32,000 nucleotides of DNA. Origin: Candidatus Saccharimonadota bacterium (lineage in GTDB: Bacteria; Pseudomonadota; Gammaproteobacteria; Enterobacterales; Enterobacteriaceae). Position 1 is the first letter of the stretch; every line of letters begins with the position of its first letter. Under the pieces are notes generated by a model. That model did not search any database, was not told the DNA's origin, and was given only the letters and a program-made list of their open reading frames with translations. Below, in pieces: positions 20,301-28,931 of the stretch. The translations under genes and the position numbers were made by a program. The stretch spans positions 60,001-92,000 of the forward strand of contig NZ_CP097762.1 in assembly GCF_023585745.1 (NCBI RefSeq), given 5' to 3'.

Positions 20301-21131
20301 GCTTATGTAAATATAAAAGAATCTGTAAAAAATGTAACAAGAATTTCTTCAGAAGAGATTATATTAGACGATCATGATCAACCAATTATTAATAATTTTA
20401 ATAATTTAAAAGTTTCTGTTACTTGTAATATTACAACTTGCCTTGGTGAAACAGTGTATTTCAATGGGTTAGGTGTATCTGCGCAATTAAAAGGTAAAAT
20501 AAAAATTATATTTAATGAGAAAAATCGTTTGTCTTTAACAGGTTTAGTGTATATGAAATCTGGTAATTTTCAAATTTACGGACAGTATTTAATCATAAAG
20601 AAAGGACAATTGTTGTTTTCTGGATTAATTGATCAACCATATCTTGATATTGAAGCTATTTGTGATCAATCTAATATAAATATTAGGGATAATACTGTTG
20701 TTGGTATTAGAATTACTGGTGTTTTAAATAATCCAAAATTGGAGATTTTTTCTAATTCCTCATCGTATTCATCTCAAAAATTTATTTATTTACTTGGCGA
20801 TAAAAATTCAGTACCCCTTGGTAAGGACGAAAACATTGCAACATCTTTATTAATTGGAGCAAGCGTCAGAAATAGTGAAAAATTTATTGATAAAATTGGC
20901 AAAATATTAGGTGTAAAAGATTTAAAATTGAATACACATAATATTGGTTCTGATCCGTTAATTGCATTAAGTGGTTACATTGCTCCTGGGTTACAGTTTA
21001 AATACGGAATTAGTATTTTTGACTGGTCAACTATAGTAACTGTGCGTTATCTTTTATACCCGAAACTTTATTTAGAAATGACTTCCGGCAACAACCAAGC
21101 ATTTGATATTTTATATAAATTTGAATTTTAA
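17301..21131 (+). CDS. tamB: translocation and assembly module inner-membrane-anchored subunit TamB (DUF490/AsmA-like)
   Basis: 1276-aa ORF (I recall E. coli TamB as about 1259 aa). It has a single N-terminal TM anchor (ICMIFLLCILIILGIFVFLL) and long, repetitive, beta-rich Asn/Ile/Lys-rich sequence. The C-terminal part is better conserved (LTGLVYMKSGNFQIYGQYLIIKKGQLLFSG, PYLDIEAI, PKLYLEMTSG). ATGA overlap with the tamA stop. The call rests on synteny and architecture; sequence similarity is low. Confidence 0.8.
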   Translation: MSYIKKICMIFLLCILIILGIFVFLLSTKIGAYLIFKSITYYIPGLSFDTISGSWGKFNITHVIYRTSVSVINIGTCSISINIKHIWNKKIYINHLYLKDVLIKIKKNNFIFHNSQTNNTHNNIMSIALPITLNDVVLHNVHIISDIIMLQFNKISTSLSFQNKSLIISPTCFTETILNISNTHISQMQSSIKTIHQYTNKSVIQSLLESISNKCISTLSILKIPFNIVLSDLKGEKFYINNINKKNYLIRDLHLQMRFCQYDMNVQFHFFCINGLFHTSGNIKFKEYYPIDIITNFIPYKNGTDYFSIISSKNIKKINLIITGELYKTIYIKCNYLNFLAELEVLLQTNIKKNNIPISISIIGKNISFPYLRKNRLFIKTINFYLQGNKKNYYLQVTSELCNSKFLSSTNIMLYAQGDINNCTISNCRISTLNSYFHMTGAINWSNTINWDIKCTLSKFSMFSNWLKDRVQLSGQIITQGFLCNNAWEITISNVDLKGFVKNNHLVCIGSLYNNSNGLWKIPTKKLVIQWGHSALEINESLKNHLIFNTILKISNFNFFNSKLNGKMNGRLKLHGTIKNIKLSLNTDTVFLNWLNKNICINTIILNGNIFYKSFMQGVIFLQANNIKYGSMFLYKFIMQGHGNLKKHFFNMKICGDKLFGDIQLYGNLNVVNNTWCSKIQKTSVITPIGTWKLMKDIVFTYQYLIGKIIVSSHYWEFVNCNITIPNILKNKITNKIDTFFNNINLAPLKILFPELIKIQSVNVVCTECSWILGDLLPKGTILISGKDLQMNTNIQSYKTTVIPSIFIKVTLIQDTSYFAWQINYIDKNDENYGFLAINNNTSNISGHIKIRSITLIPFFNSLIVLEKPINFTGLLNINVSFSRHMNHLMINGFAQLQNINFSLFTTPFIINHSQLFVKFSGDHATFNGAIYTDNGDKLSLNGNVFNFDSFNKINISLRMKGEQINFCVSPEIKLKISPDITCLLASKKIHVQGNVDIPWAYVNIKESVKNVTRISSEEIILDDHDQPIINNFNNLKVSVTCNITTCLGETVYFNGLGVSAQLKGKIKIIFNEKNRLSLTGLVYMKSGNFQIYGQYLIIKKGQLLFSGLIDQPYLDIEAICDQSNINIRDNTVVGIRITGVLNNPKLEIFSNSSSYSSQKFIYLLGDKNSVPLGKDENIATSLLIGASVRNSEKFIDKIGKILGVKDLKLNTHNIGSDPLIALSGYIAPGLQFKYGISIFDWSTIVTVRYLLYPKLYLEMTSGNNQAFDILYKFEF

Positions 21132-21219
21132 TATCTTATCTTATTGTTTAAATGTATTATTAAAATTAACAAACGATAAAAATTTTAAATTTAGGATATT
21201 ACATAATAGGGTAAATCTA

Positions 21220-21765
21220 CTATATAATAACATTGTTAGCTTTTTTAAAACGATCAGCAGCATCTAGAATTATTTTTTTAGCAGTATTGGCATGTTCCCA
21301 GTTTTTGATTTTTACCCATTTTTCAGAATCTAATGCTTTGTAATTTTTAAAAAAATAGTTAATTTGTTCAAGTAATAAGTTTGGTAAATCATCAATATCT
21401 TGTATTGATGAATAAAGTTGTGATATTTTATCGTGAGGTACAGCAAAGATTTTGGAGTCTTCCCCGGATTCATCTACCATATTTAACAATCCTATAGGAC
21501 GACAGAATATTATACAACCTGAAATAATGGGATACGGAGTAAGTACTATTGCATCTACTGGATCACCGTCTAGTGCTAAGGTATGATTTATATAACCGTA
21601 ATTGCAAGGATAGAACATAGGTACAGATAAAAATCTATCAACAAAAATAGCACCTGTTTTTTTATCAATTTCATATTTAACGGGACTGGAATTAGCAGGA
21701 ATTTCAACAACAACGTATATATCATGTGGAATATTTTTTCCCGATTTTATTTGATTTAAATACAT
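21220..21765 (-). CDS. ppa: inorganic pyrophosphatase
   Basis: 181-aa ORF. DIYVVVEIPANSSPVKYEIDK, FVDRF, FYPCNYGYINHTLALDGDPVDA and DESGEDSKIFAVP are near-identical to the E. coli Ppa active-site segments. Confidence 0.96.
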   Translation of the reverse strand: MYLNQIKSGKNIPHDIYVVVEIPANSSPVKYEIDKKTGAIFVDRFLSVPMFYPCNYGYINHTLALDGDPVDAIVLTPYPIISGCIIFCRPIGLLNMVDESGEDSKIFAVPHDKISQLYSSIQDIDDLPNLLLEQINYFFKNYKALDSEKWVKIKNWEHANTAKKIILDAADRFKKANNVII

Positions 21766-21985
21766 TTATTTTCCTATTTCATAAAATGATTGTAAAATTT
21801 TTGGTATAAATCTGTATGTTAATAAACACCAAATCGATATAGTATAATTTATATACTTTAGATATACCATGTTAATGTATATAAAGAGAGTATAATTTTT
21901 TAAGTTGATAGCTGCAATAAAAAATTTTTAAAATTTGGGTAAAAATTAAACTATAAATATAAATTTAATTTAACATAAGTGAAAC

Positions 21986-22957
21986 TTATTGAATTCTTTG
22001 AACGATATTTGTAGCTAAACTCTTTAATGCCTTTTTGTAAGGAGATGTTGGCAAAATCTTGAGACAAGATATTGCCTTATTAATTCTTATTGTCGCGCAT
22101 TTTTTGGTATATTCTAAAGATCCATATTCCCGCATCGTACTAAGAATTTTATTTAATAAATGTCTATTATTTCCAGTTTTAATAGCATTTCGAATAAATG
22201 AAGCTTGTTTTGGGGTACTATGATGAATAGTATGCAACAGAGGAAGAGTTAACTTTCCTTCATTTAAATCATTTCCAATATTTTTACCCAATATAGTTTC
22301 TGATGCATCATAATCTAATAAATCGTCTATTAATTGAAAAGCAACACCTACATATCTTCCATAATTACGTAATGCTTTTTCTTGAAATATATTGGCTTTA
22401 GCTAAAATAGCAGATGCTTGAGATGCAACTTCAAATAAACGAGCTGTCTTGCTATAAATAATTTTCATATAATTATCTATAGTGATATTAGGATTATTAC
22501 AATTCATTAATTGTTTTATTTCGCCCTCTGCAATTATGTTGACAGCGTCAGACATTAAAGATAGTATTCGTAAAGATTTTAATTCAGTCATCATTTGGAA
22601 TGCTTTTGTATAGATAAAGTCTCCTACTAATATATTTGCAGAATTTCCGAAAATTACATTAGTAGTTATTTGTCCTCGTCTCATACAAGAATGATCTACT
22701 ACATCATCATGCAATAAAGCAGCTGTATGGATAAATTCTATTAGTGCCGCGATAGTGATATGTTGTTTTTTTTTATATTGTAATGCTTTTGCGCTTAAAA
22801 TAGTAATCATAGGTCGAATTTGTTTCCCTTTATTATCAATAATATATTGCGCTAGTTTATTAATTAAAGTAATTTTAGATTTTAGTCTTGTACGAATTTC
22901 TGAGTTTACATGCGCCATATCTGGAGCAATTAATTGGATAATTTGATTAATATTCAT
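21986..22957 (-). CDS. ispB: octaprenyl-diphosphate synthase (trans-polyprenyl diphosphate synthase)
   Basis: 323-aa ORF with both aspartate-rich motifs (LLHDDVVD and FQLIDDLLD) and GKQIRPM. It diverges from rplU-rpmA exactly as E. coli ispB does. Confidence 0.9.
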   Translation of the reverse strand: MNINQIIQLIAPDMAHVNSEIRTRLKSKITLINKLAQYIIDNKGKQIRPMITILSAKALQYKKKQHITIAALIEFIHTAALLHDDVVDHSCMRRGQITTNVIFGNSANILVGDFIYTKAFQMMTELKSLRILSLMSDAVNIIAEGEIKQLMNCNNPNITIDNYMKIIYSKTARLFEVASQASAILAKANIFQEKALRNYGRYVGVAFQLIDDLLDYDASETILGKNIGNDLNEGKLTLPLLHTIHHSTPKQASFIRNAIKTGNNRHLLNKILSTMREYGSLEYTKKCATIRINKAISCLKILPTSPYKKALKSLATNIVQRIQ

Positions 22958-23080
22958 AAATTATATAGAAGTATTAACTTCTTTAAGTATTTTATTGTAA
23001 ATATAAATTATATATATTTAATACTTTATATTAATTAATAGTTGTATGTATAGTTAATATATAAGAATTTATTTATTTTC

Positions 23081-23109
23081 TTGAGAAACATGTATTTTTA
23101 ATGTATAAG
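23081..23109 (+). promoter_or_regulatory. candidate sigma70 promoter for rplU-rpmA (TTGAGA-N17-TATAAG)
   Basis: -35-like TTGAGA (23081..23086) and -10-like TATAAG (23104..23109) with a 17-nt spacer, about 53 nt upstream of the rplU ATG. AT-rich background makes this weak. Confidence 0.2.
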
Positions 23110-23161
23110 AATACAAATATGAAATAATATTAAATTATAGATAAGAAATAGGCTATTATTT

Positions 23162-23482
23162 ATGTACGCAGTTTTTCAAACCGGTAGTAAACAGTATCGT
23201 GTTTCTGTGGGAGAGGTGATTAATATAGAATTATTAAATAATAGTAATATTGGTGATCAAATTGAATTTGATAGGGTATTACTAATTAAAGGTGATAATT
23301 TTATTCATATAGGAAATCCTCTAGTAAAAACAGGACAAATTACAGCAAAAATTATAGAAGTCGGTTTATATAAAAAAATTAGTATTGTCAAGTTTCGACG
23401 TCGTAAACATTCCCGAAAATGTCTGGGACATAGACAACGTTTTACAAAAATAAAAATATTGAGTATAAATAATAAAATATAA
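23162..23482 (+). CDS. rplU: 50S ribosomal protein L21
   Basis: MYAVFQTGSKQYRVSVGE...KFRRRKHSRKCLGHRQRFTKIKI is typical L21. 106 aa. Confidence 0.96.
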   Translation: MYAVFQTGSKQYRVSVGEVINIELLNNSNIGDQIEFDRVLLIKGDNFIHIGNPLVKTGQITAKIIEVGLYKKISIVKFRRRKHSRKCLGHRQRFTKIKILSINNKI

Positions 23483-23509
23483 ATATATTAAAATAGGTAG
23501 GTGATAGTA

Positions 23510-23767
23510 ATGGCGCATAAAAAAGCAGGAGGTTCTACTAGAAATGGCCGGGACTCACGTGGAAAACGTTTAGGGGTCAAGTGTTTCGGGGGGACTTTGG
23601 TATCTGCGGGAACGATAATCGTACGTCAGCGTGGCAATAAATTTCACCCGGGTAAATATGTAGGTTGCGGAAAAGATTATACTCTTTTTGCTTTACGACC
23701 TGGTAGAATATTTTTTACAAAACAAAAAACATCTGGCCGTAGATTTATAAACATAGTGTCCAATTAA
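23510..23767 (+). CDS. rpmA: 50S ribosomal protein L27
   Basis: [24 protein letters not shown]...[15 protein letters not shown] is canonical L27. ATG 23510 gives 85 aa with GGTGA 5 nt upstream. The track start at GTG 23501 adds 3 residues. Confidence 0.96.
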   Translation: MAHKKAGGSTRNGRDSRGKRLGVKCFGGTLVSAGTIIVRQRGNKFHPGKYVGCGKDYTLFALRPGRIFFTKQKTSGRRFINIVSN

Positions 23768-23778
23768 ACATAACATCG

Positions 23779-23799
23779 ATGTAAGTAATTACATTTTTT
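23779..23799 (+). terminator. weak intrinsic-terminator-like hairpin after rpmA (ATGTAA-GTAA-TTACAT + T-run)
   Basis: A 6-bp stem starts 12 nt after the rpmA stop and is followed directly by a T-run (TTTTTG). The stem is short and AT-rich, so it is at best a leaky terminator or attenuator. Confidence 0.3.
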
Positions 23800-24117
23800 G
23801 TTTAATTTTTTATGGTATGGTTTTTAACAAAAAATTGTTGTATGTATTTTGGAAAGTTTATAGATTTTTCATAAATATTATTTGTTTTGTATTCAATGAA
23901 ATCATGTTATATGCAGATAGGTATAAATAAAATTTATACCCAAAAAAATAATGATTTTATGTATTCGTGATCACTATTTTATAGTAATTATATTGGATTA
24001 TATATGATATATTATTAAATATTATTATTTATAAGTATTTGATGTTGTATTTTTGATATGTTTATATTTATAAAATAATTTATAATGTGATCATATATAT
24101 TGTGTAATGGTTATCCT

Positions 24118-25137
24118 ATGAAATTTATTGATATGACTGATATTACAGTGATAGCTGGTGATGGTGGAAATGGATATATAAGCGTCAAGAAAACTGGAAA
24201 GAAATTTCCTTTTTTAAAAAAATTGTATAGTAGTAATGGAGGCGATGGTGGTAATGTTTGGTTATTAGCTGATTCTAATATGAATAATTTGAGTTATTTT
24301 TGTTTTAAAAACGTTTTTAAAGCTGGTAATGGTCATGGTGGCAGTAAAAATGGATGCTCTGGAAGCAGAGGGAAAGATATTATTATTAAGGTTCCATGGG
24401 GAACAAAAGTAATTTGTCGTCAAACAAATAAATTATTAGGAGAAATGGGTCAGCATCAGCAGCGGTTAATGGTAGCTAAAGGGGGAATGCATGGATCAGG
24501 TCATATAAAGCGGCGCCATATTTCATATCATACCACATCTAATAGTATTATGGATGGAGAGAAAGGAGAATCACATAATTTATTATTAGAATTGCGATTA
24601 ATAGCAGATGTGGGAGTATTTGGTTTACCTAATTCTGGTAAATCTAGTTTTTTGCACGTGGTCTCTTCAGCAAAACCGAAAGTAGCTAATTATCCATTTA
24701 CCACTTTGGTTCCAAATTTAGGTGTAGTAAAGGTTAACGATTATAATAGGTTTGTTGTTGCTGATATTCCTGGTATCATAAAAGGAGCTTCTGATGGATC
24801 TGGTTTAGGTATAAGATTTTTGAAGCATTTGGAGCATTGTCATATATTATTGCATTTTGTTGATATAGCGCCTTCAGATAATTCCAATCCATTAGATAAT
24901 ATTATTACTATTCAAAATGAGTTGAATAATTATAAGAACGGTTTGCTTTATAAGCCTTGTTGGTTGATATTCAATAAAATAGATTTATTAGCATCATATC
25001 TAGTAAAAAAAAAAATCACATATATCATTAATACTCTAAAATGGAAAGAAAGATATTATTATATATCCTCTGTATATAAGACAAATGTTTCGGAATTATG
25101 TAATGCTATTATGAAATTTATTATGTATCGATCATAA
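24118..25137 (+). CDS. obgE: GTPase ObgE/CgtA
   Basis: MKFIDMTDITVIAGDGGNG... is the glycine-rich Obg fold. G domain: GLPNSGKSSF (G1), YPFTTL (G2), DIPG (G3), NKID (G4), and GLGIRFLKHLEHC. ATG 24118 matches E. coli MKFVDEA. The track start at TTG 24100 adds 6 residues. 339 aa; it lacks the acidic C-terminal tail of E. coli ObgE. Confidence 0.93.
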   Translation: MKFIDMTDITVIAGDGGNGYISVKKTGKKFPFLKKLYSSNGGDGGNVWLLADSNMNNLSYFCFKNVFKAGNGHGGSKNGCSGSRGKDIIIKVPWGTKVICRQTNKLLGEMGQHQQRLMVAKGGMHGSGHIKRRHISYHTTSNSIMDGEKGESHNLLLELRLIADVGVFGLPNSGKSSFLHVVSSAKPKVANYPFTTLVPNLGVVKVNDYNRFVVADIPGIIKGASDGSGLGIRFLKHLEHCHILLHFVDIAPSDNSNPLDNIITIQNELNNYKNGLLYKPCWLIFNKIDLLASYLVKKKITYIINTLKWKERYYYISSVYKTNVSELCNAIMKFIMYRS

Positions 25138-25401
25138 AACTAAAATGAGTTTGTTATAATATGCATTATAATTAATGAATTAATAAATAATTTTTTCGTA
25201 TTATAAATGTATATATAATTATATTACTATATTTATAGTAACAGTATATTGATGTCTTTTGATATTGTATCAAGTAAAACATTTATATACTGTAATATAT
25301 AGTAGTTTCAGTATAAAATATTTAATATTTGATAAAAATGTAATATCATACTCAAGTATATGTTATTATTTTTAATACCTGTAATATAATGAAGGTACAA
25401 C

Positions 25402-25878
25402 ATGAAGTATATACCCATGACTTTGCGTGGAGCTGAAAAATTAAGAGAAGAATTAGATTATTTAAAAAATGTGCGTCGCCCGGCTATTATAAAAAGTATT
25501 TCTGAAGCCCGTGGATATGGAGATTTAAAAGAAAATTCTGAATATCATGCAGCTCGTGAACAACAGGGTTTTTGTGAAGGGCGTATTCAAGAAATAGAGT
25601 TTAAATTATCTAATGCACATATTATTGATATTAGTAAATTAATTACTGATGGTAAAGTGGTGTTTGGTGCTACAATTAATATTGAAAATTTAGATACAAA
25701 ATGTAGACAAATATATAGTATTGTTGGTGATGATGAAGCGGATCTAAAAGCACATATGATTTCTATAAATTCCCCCATTGCTAGGGGTTTAATAGGTTGT
25801 AAAACAGGGGATATTGTATGTATAGATACTCCAAAAGGAGAAATACGATACAAAATAATTCAAGTGATATATTCTTAA
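25402..25878 (+). CDS. greA: transcription elongation (cleavage) factor GreA
   Basis: 158 aa (I recall the same length for E. coli GreA). [46 protein letters not shown] and [12 protein letters not shown] match. Confidence 0.95.
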   Translation: MKYIPMTLRGAEKLREELDYLKNVRRPAIIKSISEARGYGDLKENSEYHAAREQQGFCEGRIQEIEFKLSNAHIIDISKLITDGKVVFGATINIENLDTKCRQIYSIVGDDEADLKAHMISINSPIARGLIGCKTGDIVCIDTPKGEIRYKIIQVIYS

Positions 25879-25910
25879 GACAGTATTATTAAAGTAAGCG
25901 TCATTCAAAA

Positions 25911-25933
25911 TAATATGTTGTGACAACATATTA
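25911..25933 (+). terminator. hairpin after greA (TAATATGTTG-TGA-CAACATATTA)
   Basis: A perfect 10-bp stem with a 3-nt loop starts 33 nt after the greA stop. No adjacent T-run, so terminator function is uncertain. Confidence 0.25.
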
Positions 25934-26046
25934 AATAATTATATTTTATATATACAAATGTCTTAATAAAAAATTAGTAAAATTTTTTATATACTTGATT
26001 AATAGATTTAATTTTTTTATTAAAAAATTTTCTTTTTATTTTGTAT

Positions 26047-26055
26047 TGATATAAT
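26047..26055 (+). promoter_or_regulatory. candidate extended -10 promoter element TGATATAAT upstream of rlmE-ftsH
   Basis: Exact TGnTATAAT about 138 nt upstream of the rlmE ATG. It shares the 11-mer ATTGATATAAT with the miaA-upstream site. I found no sigma32-type CTTGAAA...CCCCAT motif. Confidence 0.2.
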
Positions 26056-26192
26056 ATTTTAAAAATATGAAATTTAATACTGTATATCTGTGATATATAG
26101 TGTATTTTGTTTAATTATTAAAATAAAACATAATAAATTTTTTATAATTGTTTGAAACAATTGATTTATTGGAAATAAAAATAATTTAATGT

Positions 26193-26816
26193 ATGACAAA
26201 TAAAAAAAATTCTAAAAAATGGATAAAAAAACATTTTACAGATCAATATGTAAAATCTGCTAAAATTCATAATTTAAGGGCAAGATCTTGGTTTAAACTA
26301 CAAGCTATAAATTATACGGATAATTTATTTACTACTGGTATGAGAGTAGTTGATTTGGGTTCAGCTCCTGGAGGTTGGGCGTTGTATGCAAAAAAAAAAA
26401 TAGGAAATACTGGAAAAATTATTGCATGCGATATTTTACCAATGCCTAAAATTTGTGGAGTGGATTTCTTAAATGGTGACTGTTCTGATCCAAAAATTTT
26501 AGAAGGAATAAATATTTGGTCTAAAAATAGAAAAGTGCATATTATTTTATCTGATATGTCTCCTAATATTACTGGTATATCAATCATTGATATTAATAAA
26601 TCTATATATCTTGGAAATTTAGCTTTAAAAATATGTCAAGATTTTTTGAAATACGGAGGCACTTTTGTAGTAAAAGTTTTTCAAGGTAAGAATTTAGATA
26701 AATACTTGCATGATGTAAGTTCTGTATTTAACATAGTAAAAATTCGTAAACCATACTCTTCTAATCCTGCTTCTCGTGAAATATATATTGTAGCTAAAAA
26801 ACATAAAAAAGTTTAA
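26193..26816 (+). CDS. rlmE: 23S rRNA (uridine2552-2'-O)-methyltransferase (FtsJ/RrmJ)
   Basis: 207-aa ORF. Matches: LRARSWFKL, SAM-binding VVDLGSAPGGW, ILSDMSPNITG, FVVKVFQG, SREIYIVA. It is immediately upstream of ftsH, as in E. coli. Confidence 0.94.
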   Translation: MTNKKNSKKWIKKHFTDQYVKSAKIHNLRARSWFKLQAINYTDNLFTTGMRVVDLGSAPGGWALYAKKKIGNTGKIIACDILPMPKICGVDFLNGDCSDPKILEGINIWSKNRKVHIILSDMSPNITGISIIDINKSIYLGNLALKICQDFLKYGGTFVVKVFQGKNLDKYLHDVSSVFNIVKIRKPYSSNPASREIYIVAKKHKKV

Positions 26817-26864
26817 TACATGAATGAATATAACAAATTATTGGTATAATGTGAGGTTACTCCT

Positions 26865-28820
26865 TTGAGTGATATGGTAAAAAACCTAGGTCTCTGGTTA
26901 GTGATCGCAATAGTATTGATGTCTTTATTTCAAAATTTTGGGCCTAATAATGAATTAAATAATCGAAATATAGACTATTCTACTTTTATGCATGAATTAA
27001 ACCAAGATAAAATTCAAGAAGCTCGTATTAATGGTCGTGAAATTACGGTTATAAAAAAAGATAGTAATCGTTATACTACTTATATTCCAGTTAATGATCC
27101 AAAATTGCTTGATATTTTATTAACAAAAAAAGTAAAAGTTATTGGTGAACCTCCGGAAGAACCTAGTTTAATTACATCCGTATTTATTTCTTGGTTTCCA
27201 ATGTTATTGTTAATTGGAGTGTGGGTTTTTTTTATGCGTCAAATGCAAGGAGGCGGTAAAGGAGCCATGTCTTTTGGTAAAAGCAAAGCCCGTATGTTAA
27301 CGGAGGATCAAATTAAGACTACTTTTGCAGATGTTGCTGGATGTGATGAAGCAAAAGAAGAAGTAAAAGAATTAGTAGATTACTTGCGTGAACCCAATAG
27401 ATTTCAGAAATTAGGTGGAAAAATTCCTAAAGGTGTATTAATGGTTGGGCCTCCAGGAACAGGGAAAACTCTTTTAGCAAAAGCTATTGCTGGAGAAGCA
27501 AAAGTGCCATTTTTTACTATTTCTGGGTCTGATTTTGTAGAAATGTTTGTAGGTGTTGGAGCATCTCGTGTTAGAGACATGTTCGAACAAGCTAAAAAAT
27601 CAGCGCCCTGCATTATTTTTATTGATGAAATAGATGCGGTAGGGCGACAAAGAGGTGCTGGTTTAGGTGGTGGACATGATGAACGTGAACAAACTTTAAA
27701 TCAAATGTTAGTAGAGATGGACGGATTTGAAGGAAATGAAGGTATTATTGTTATTGCTGCTACTAATCGACCAGATGTTCTTGATCCAGCTTTATTAAGA
27801 CCTGGGAGATTTGATCGGCAAGTAGTAGTTGGATTACCAGATATTAGAGGAAGAGAACAAATATTAAAAGTACATATTAGGAAAGTTCCGTTATCATCAG
27901 ATGTAGAGATTTTGGTAATAGCTAGAGGGACACCGGGTTTTTCTGGAGCAGATTTAGCAAATCTTGTAAATGAGGCCGCATTATTTGCGGCTCGAGAAAA
28001 TAAGCATGCAGTATCAATGTTAGAATTTGAAAAAGCTAAAGATAAAATAGTGATGGGGGCTGAGCGTCGTTCTATGGTGATGACAGAAGATCAAAAAGAA
28101 TATACGGCTTATCATGAGGCTGGGCATGCTATAATTGGACGTTTAGTGCCTGAGCATGATCCAGTACATAAAGTTACCATAATACCTAGAGGACGGGCCT
28201 TAGGAGTGACATTTTTTTTACCAGAAAGTGATGTTATTAGTACCAGTCGACAAAAACTAGAAAGTCAAATATCTACATTATATGGCGGTCGGCTAGCTGA
28301 AGAAATGATTTATGGGCCTAATAAAATATCTACTGGATCATCTAATGATATTAAAGTGGCTACTTCTATCGCTCGTAATATGGTAACTCAATGGGGATTT
28401 TCTGAAAAATTAGGTCCTCTGCTATATGCGGAAGAAGAAGGAGAAATATTTCTGGGACGTTCAGTGGCTAAAGTAAAACATATGTCTGATGAAACAGCGC
28501 GTATTATCGATCAAGAAGTTAGATGTTTAATTGAGAAAAATTATTTGCGTGCTCGTGAATTATTAACAGAAAATGTAGATATCCTTCATTCTATGAAGGA
28601 TGCATTAATAAAATATGAAACAATTAATGCGTCACAGATTAATGATTTAATGAATCGAAAATCGGTGCGTCCTCCACTAGATTGGGAAAAAGATGCTCCT
28701 GGTTCTTCTTCCAATAATACTGAAGATGTTTCTTCTTGTATTACTACTACTTCTTCAAAAAAATTGTTATCTTCTGATAGAAGCTCGTGTAATGATCATT
28801 CTGATTCTACGTCAAAATAA
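26865..28820 (+). CDS. ftsH: ATP-dependent zinc metalloprotease FtsH
   Basis: Two N-terminal TM segments, AAA+ Walker A GPPGTGKT, Walker [31 protein letters not shown], and the zinc site HEAGHA. Long runs are identical to E. coli FtsH as I recall it. Start is TTG 26865 (GAGG 8 nt upstream) or ATG 26874 (MVKNL..., cf. E. coli MAKNL...). Confidence 0.97.
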   Translation: MSDMVKNLGLWLVIAIVLMSLFQNFGPNNELNNRNIDYSTFMHELNQDKIQEARINGREITVIKKDSNRYTTYIPVNDPKLLDILLTKKVKVIGEPPEEPSLITSVFISWFPMLLLIGVWVFFMRQMQGGGKGAMSFGKSKARMLTEDQIKTTFADVAGCDEAKEEVKELVDYLREPNRFQKLGGKIPKGVLMVGPPGTGKTLLAKAIAGEAKVPFFTISGSDFVEMFVGVGASRVRDMFEQAKKSAPCIIFIDEIDAVGRQRGAGLGGGHDEREQTLNQMLVEMDGFEGNEGIIVIAATNRPDVLDPALLRPGRFDRQVVVGLPDIRGREQILKVHIRKVPLSSDVEILVIARGTPGFSGADLANLVNEAALFAARENKHAVSMLEFEKAKDKIVMGAERRSMVMTEDQKEYTAYHEAGHAIIGRLVPEHDPVHKVTIIPRGRALGVTFFLPESDVISTSRQKLESQISTLYGGRLAEEMIYGPNKISTGSSNDIKVATSIARNMVTQWGFSEKLGPLLYAEEEGEIFLGRSVAKVKHMSDETARIIDQEVRCLIEKNYLRARELLTENVDILHSMKDALIKYETINASQINDLMNRKSVRPPLDWEKDAPGSSSNNTEDVSSCITTTSSKKLLSSDRSSCNDHSDSTSK

Positions 28821-28931
28821 TATATTTTTCTTAAAAACTATTGTGTTTATGAATATAAAATCTTTTACAAAGTTTTTAAATATTATTTAAATATATAAAA
28901 ATTTTTACTTTAGATTTATTAAAAATAAATA

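Noticed and set aside
22755-22946. 63-aa plus-strand ORF
   Set aside because: It is antisense to ispB, whose frame carries both DDxxD motifs.
25587-25853. 88-aa minus-strand ORF
   Set aside because: Antisense shadow ORF inside greA with no homology signal.
25980-26192. Searched for a sigma32 heat-shock promoter (CTTGAAA-N13-15-CCCCATnT) upstream of rlmE-ftsH
   Set aside because: Only a partial CTTGATT is present (about 25994), with no CCCCAT-like -10, so a sigma32 promoter is not supportable.
26312-26587. 91-aa minus-strand ORF
   Set aside because: Antisense shadow ORF inside rlmE with no homology signal.
27404-27613. 69-aa minus-strand ORF
   Set aside because: It is antisense to the most conserved part of ftsH (the Walker A region).
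28693-28890. 65-aa plus-strand ORF overlapping the ftsH 3' end in another frame
   Set aside because: It is a Leu/Ile-rich out-of-frame reading of the Ser-rich ftsH tail with no start context or homology. It is most likely spurious.
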